The notes beneath the pieces were generated by a model that was not told the DNA's origin, made no database searches, and saw only the letters and a program-made list of their open reading frames with translations. A stretch of DNA of 48,984 nucleotides, counting the filler, from Sphacelaria rigidula (taxonomy: Eukaryota), in NCBI GenBank assembly GCA_964200075.2. It is 3 parts of 3 records of this genome, joined end to end, with 100 filler letters (N's around TTAATTAATTAA, not from the genome) between each part and the next. Parts side by side here need not be neighbours in the genome. Positions count along the whole stretch, not along the records: positions 32,725 to 48,984 come from CAXNAA020001422.1; 2 more parts are not named here. One strand, written 5' to 3'. Positions within the stretch are counted from its first letter, which is position 1. Each line of letters begins with the position of its first letter. Positions 48,311 through 48,984 of this stretch are shown here, one piece after another. The translations under genes were made by a program, and so were the position numbers.

Positions 48311-48984
48311 CAACGCACGGCTTGAGTCAAGCAGCACATCCGATTACATATTCGACATGTATGAAACCGCCGCAACGACGACAAAGTTAATGTGATGATC
48401 ATCCGCTAAGACTCAGATGTCATGCTTTTGGCCCCCCTCAGCGTATCGTAATTTTTACTTTGGAATAGCTGTAGAATTTCTCGTAATTGGACTCCTGTCA
48501 TTGCGACCTCTTCATGAGCCGACCCGCTTGCCGATGACACGGGCCCGTCATCATCCAATCTCCAGTCCGGGCTATGACCATGCTCCTCACTCTAGGCAGC
48601 GACACTGTCGCCCCCTCATGCTACAGTATATATCATCATCCCCAGTGCTGCTCTCCAAATGAGGTCATGTAAGCCCAGTTCACCTCGCGCACCACACGCT
48701 CAGTGTACCCCCACGCCGAGGTCGGAGCGGTCACCTGTCAATCCATAGTCACGGGTGAGATAAACCATACACACCGTACGCAAGTACTACCAATGCTACA
48801 TGCTTTTGCATCGCCATCTTGTACGTTTACAAGGGTCGGACAAAAAATAATTCGTCTGGAAATTACTTGGTTTAAGTATTATGAGTCGACTCGTGACGAA
48901 ACAATCCCTAGGCATTATTTCAGCGTTGCAACCCAGGTTCACGCAGCCCAGACCCGTGGAATGGCGCAAAAGTTACGTGGATAC

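Overview
Eukaryotic, intron-rich DNA of roughly balanced GC; intron sizes, acceptor style and repeat types suggest a brown alga or related stramenopile (inference). The window is not one locus: three pieces of almost identical length (1-16262, 16363-32624, 32725-48984) are joined by artificial N-TTAATTAATTAA-N linkers. Piece 1 holds a complete 8-exon gene for a CTP-dependent membrane lipid kinase of the dolichol/phytol-kinase (CTP_transf_1) superfamily, with a decayed LINE in intron 6. Piece 2 holds two tRNA-Gly-derived SINE copies and a fossil multi-exon ORF ending in a broken PHD finger. It also holds a 3-exon orphan gene behind an array of CCTCCGGAGG palindromes, and the 3' part of a polyQ/RGG gene that appears to use 10-nt and 7-nt microexons. 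Piece 3 holds 13 internal exons of a TRIP12/Ufd4/UPL3-like E3 ligase with several inserted Tudor-like modules. Its introns carry hAT-like, Tc1/mariner-like and foldback elements, and an inverted repeat pair brackets an in-frame 4-exon block. All gene models were spliced by eye from GT-AG sites and phase continuity; no database searches were run.
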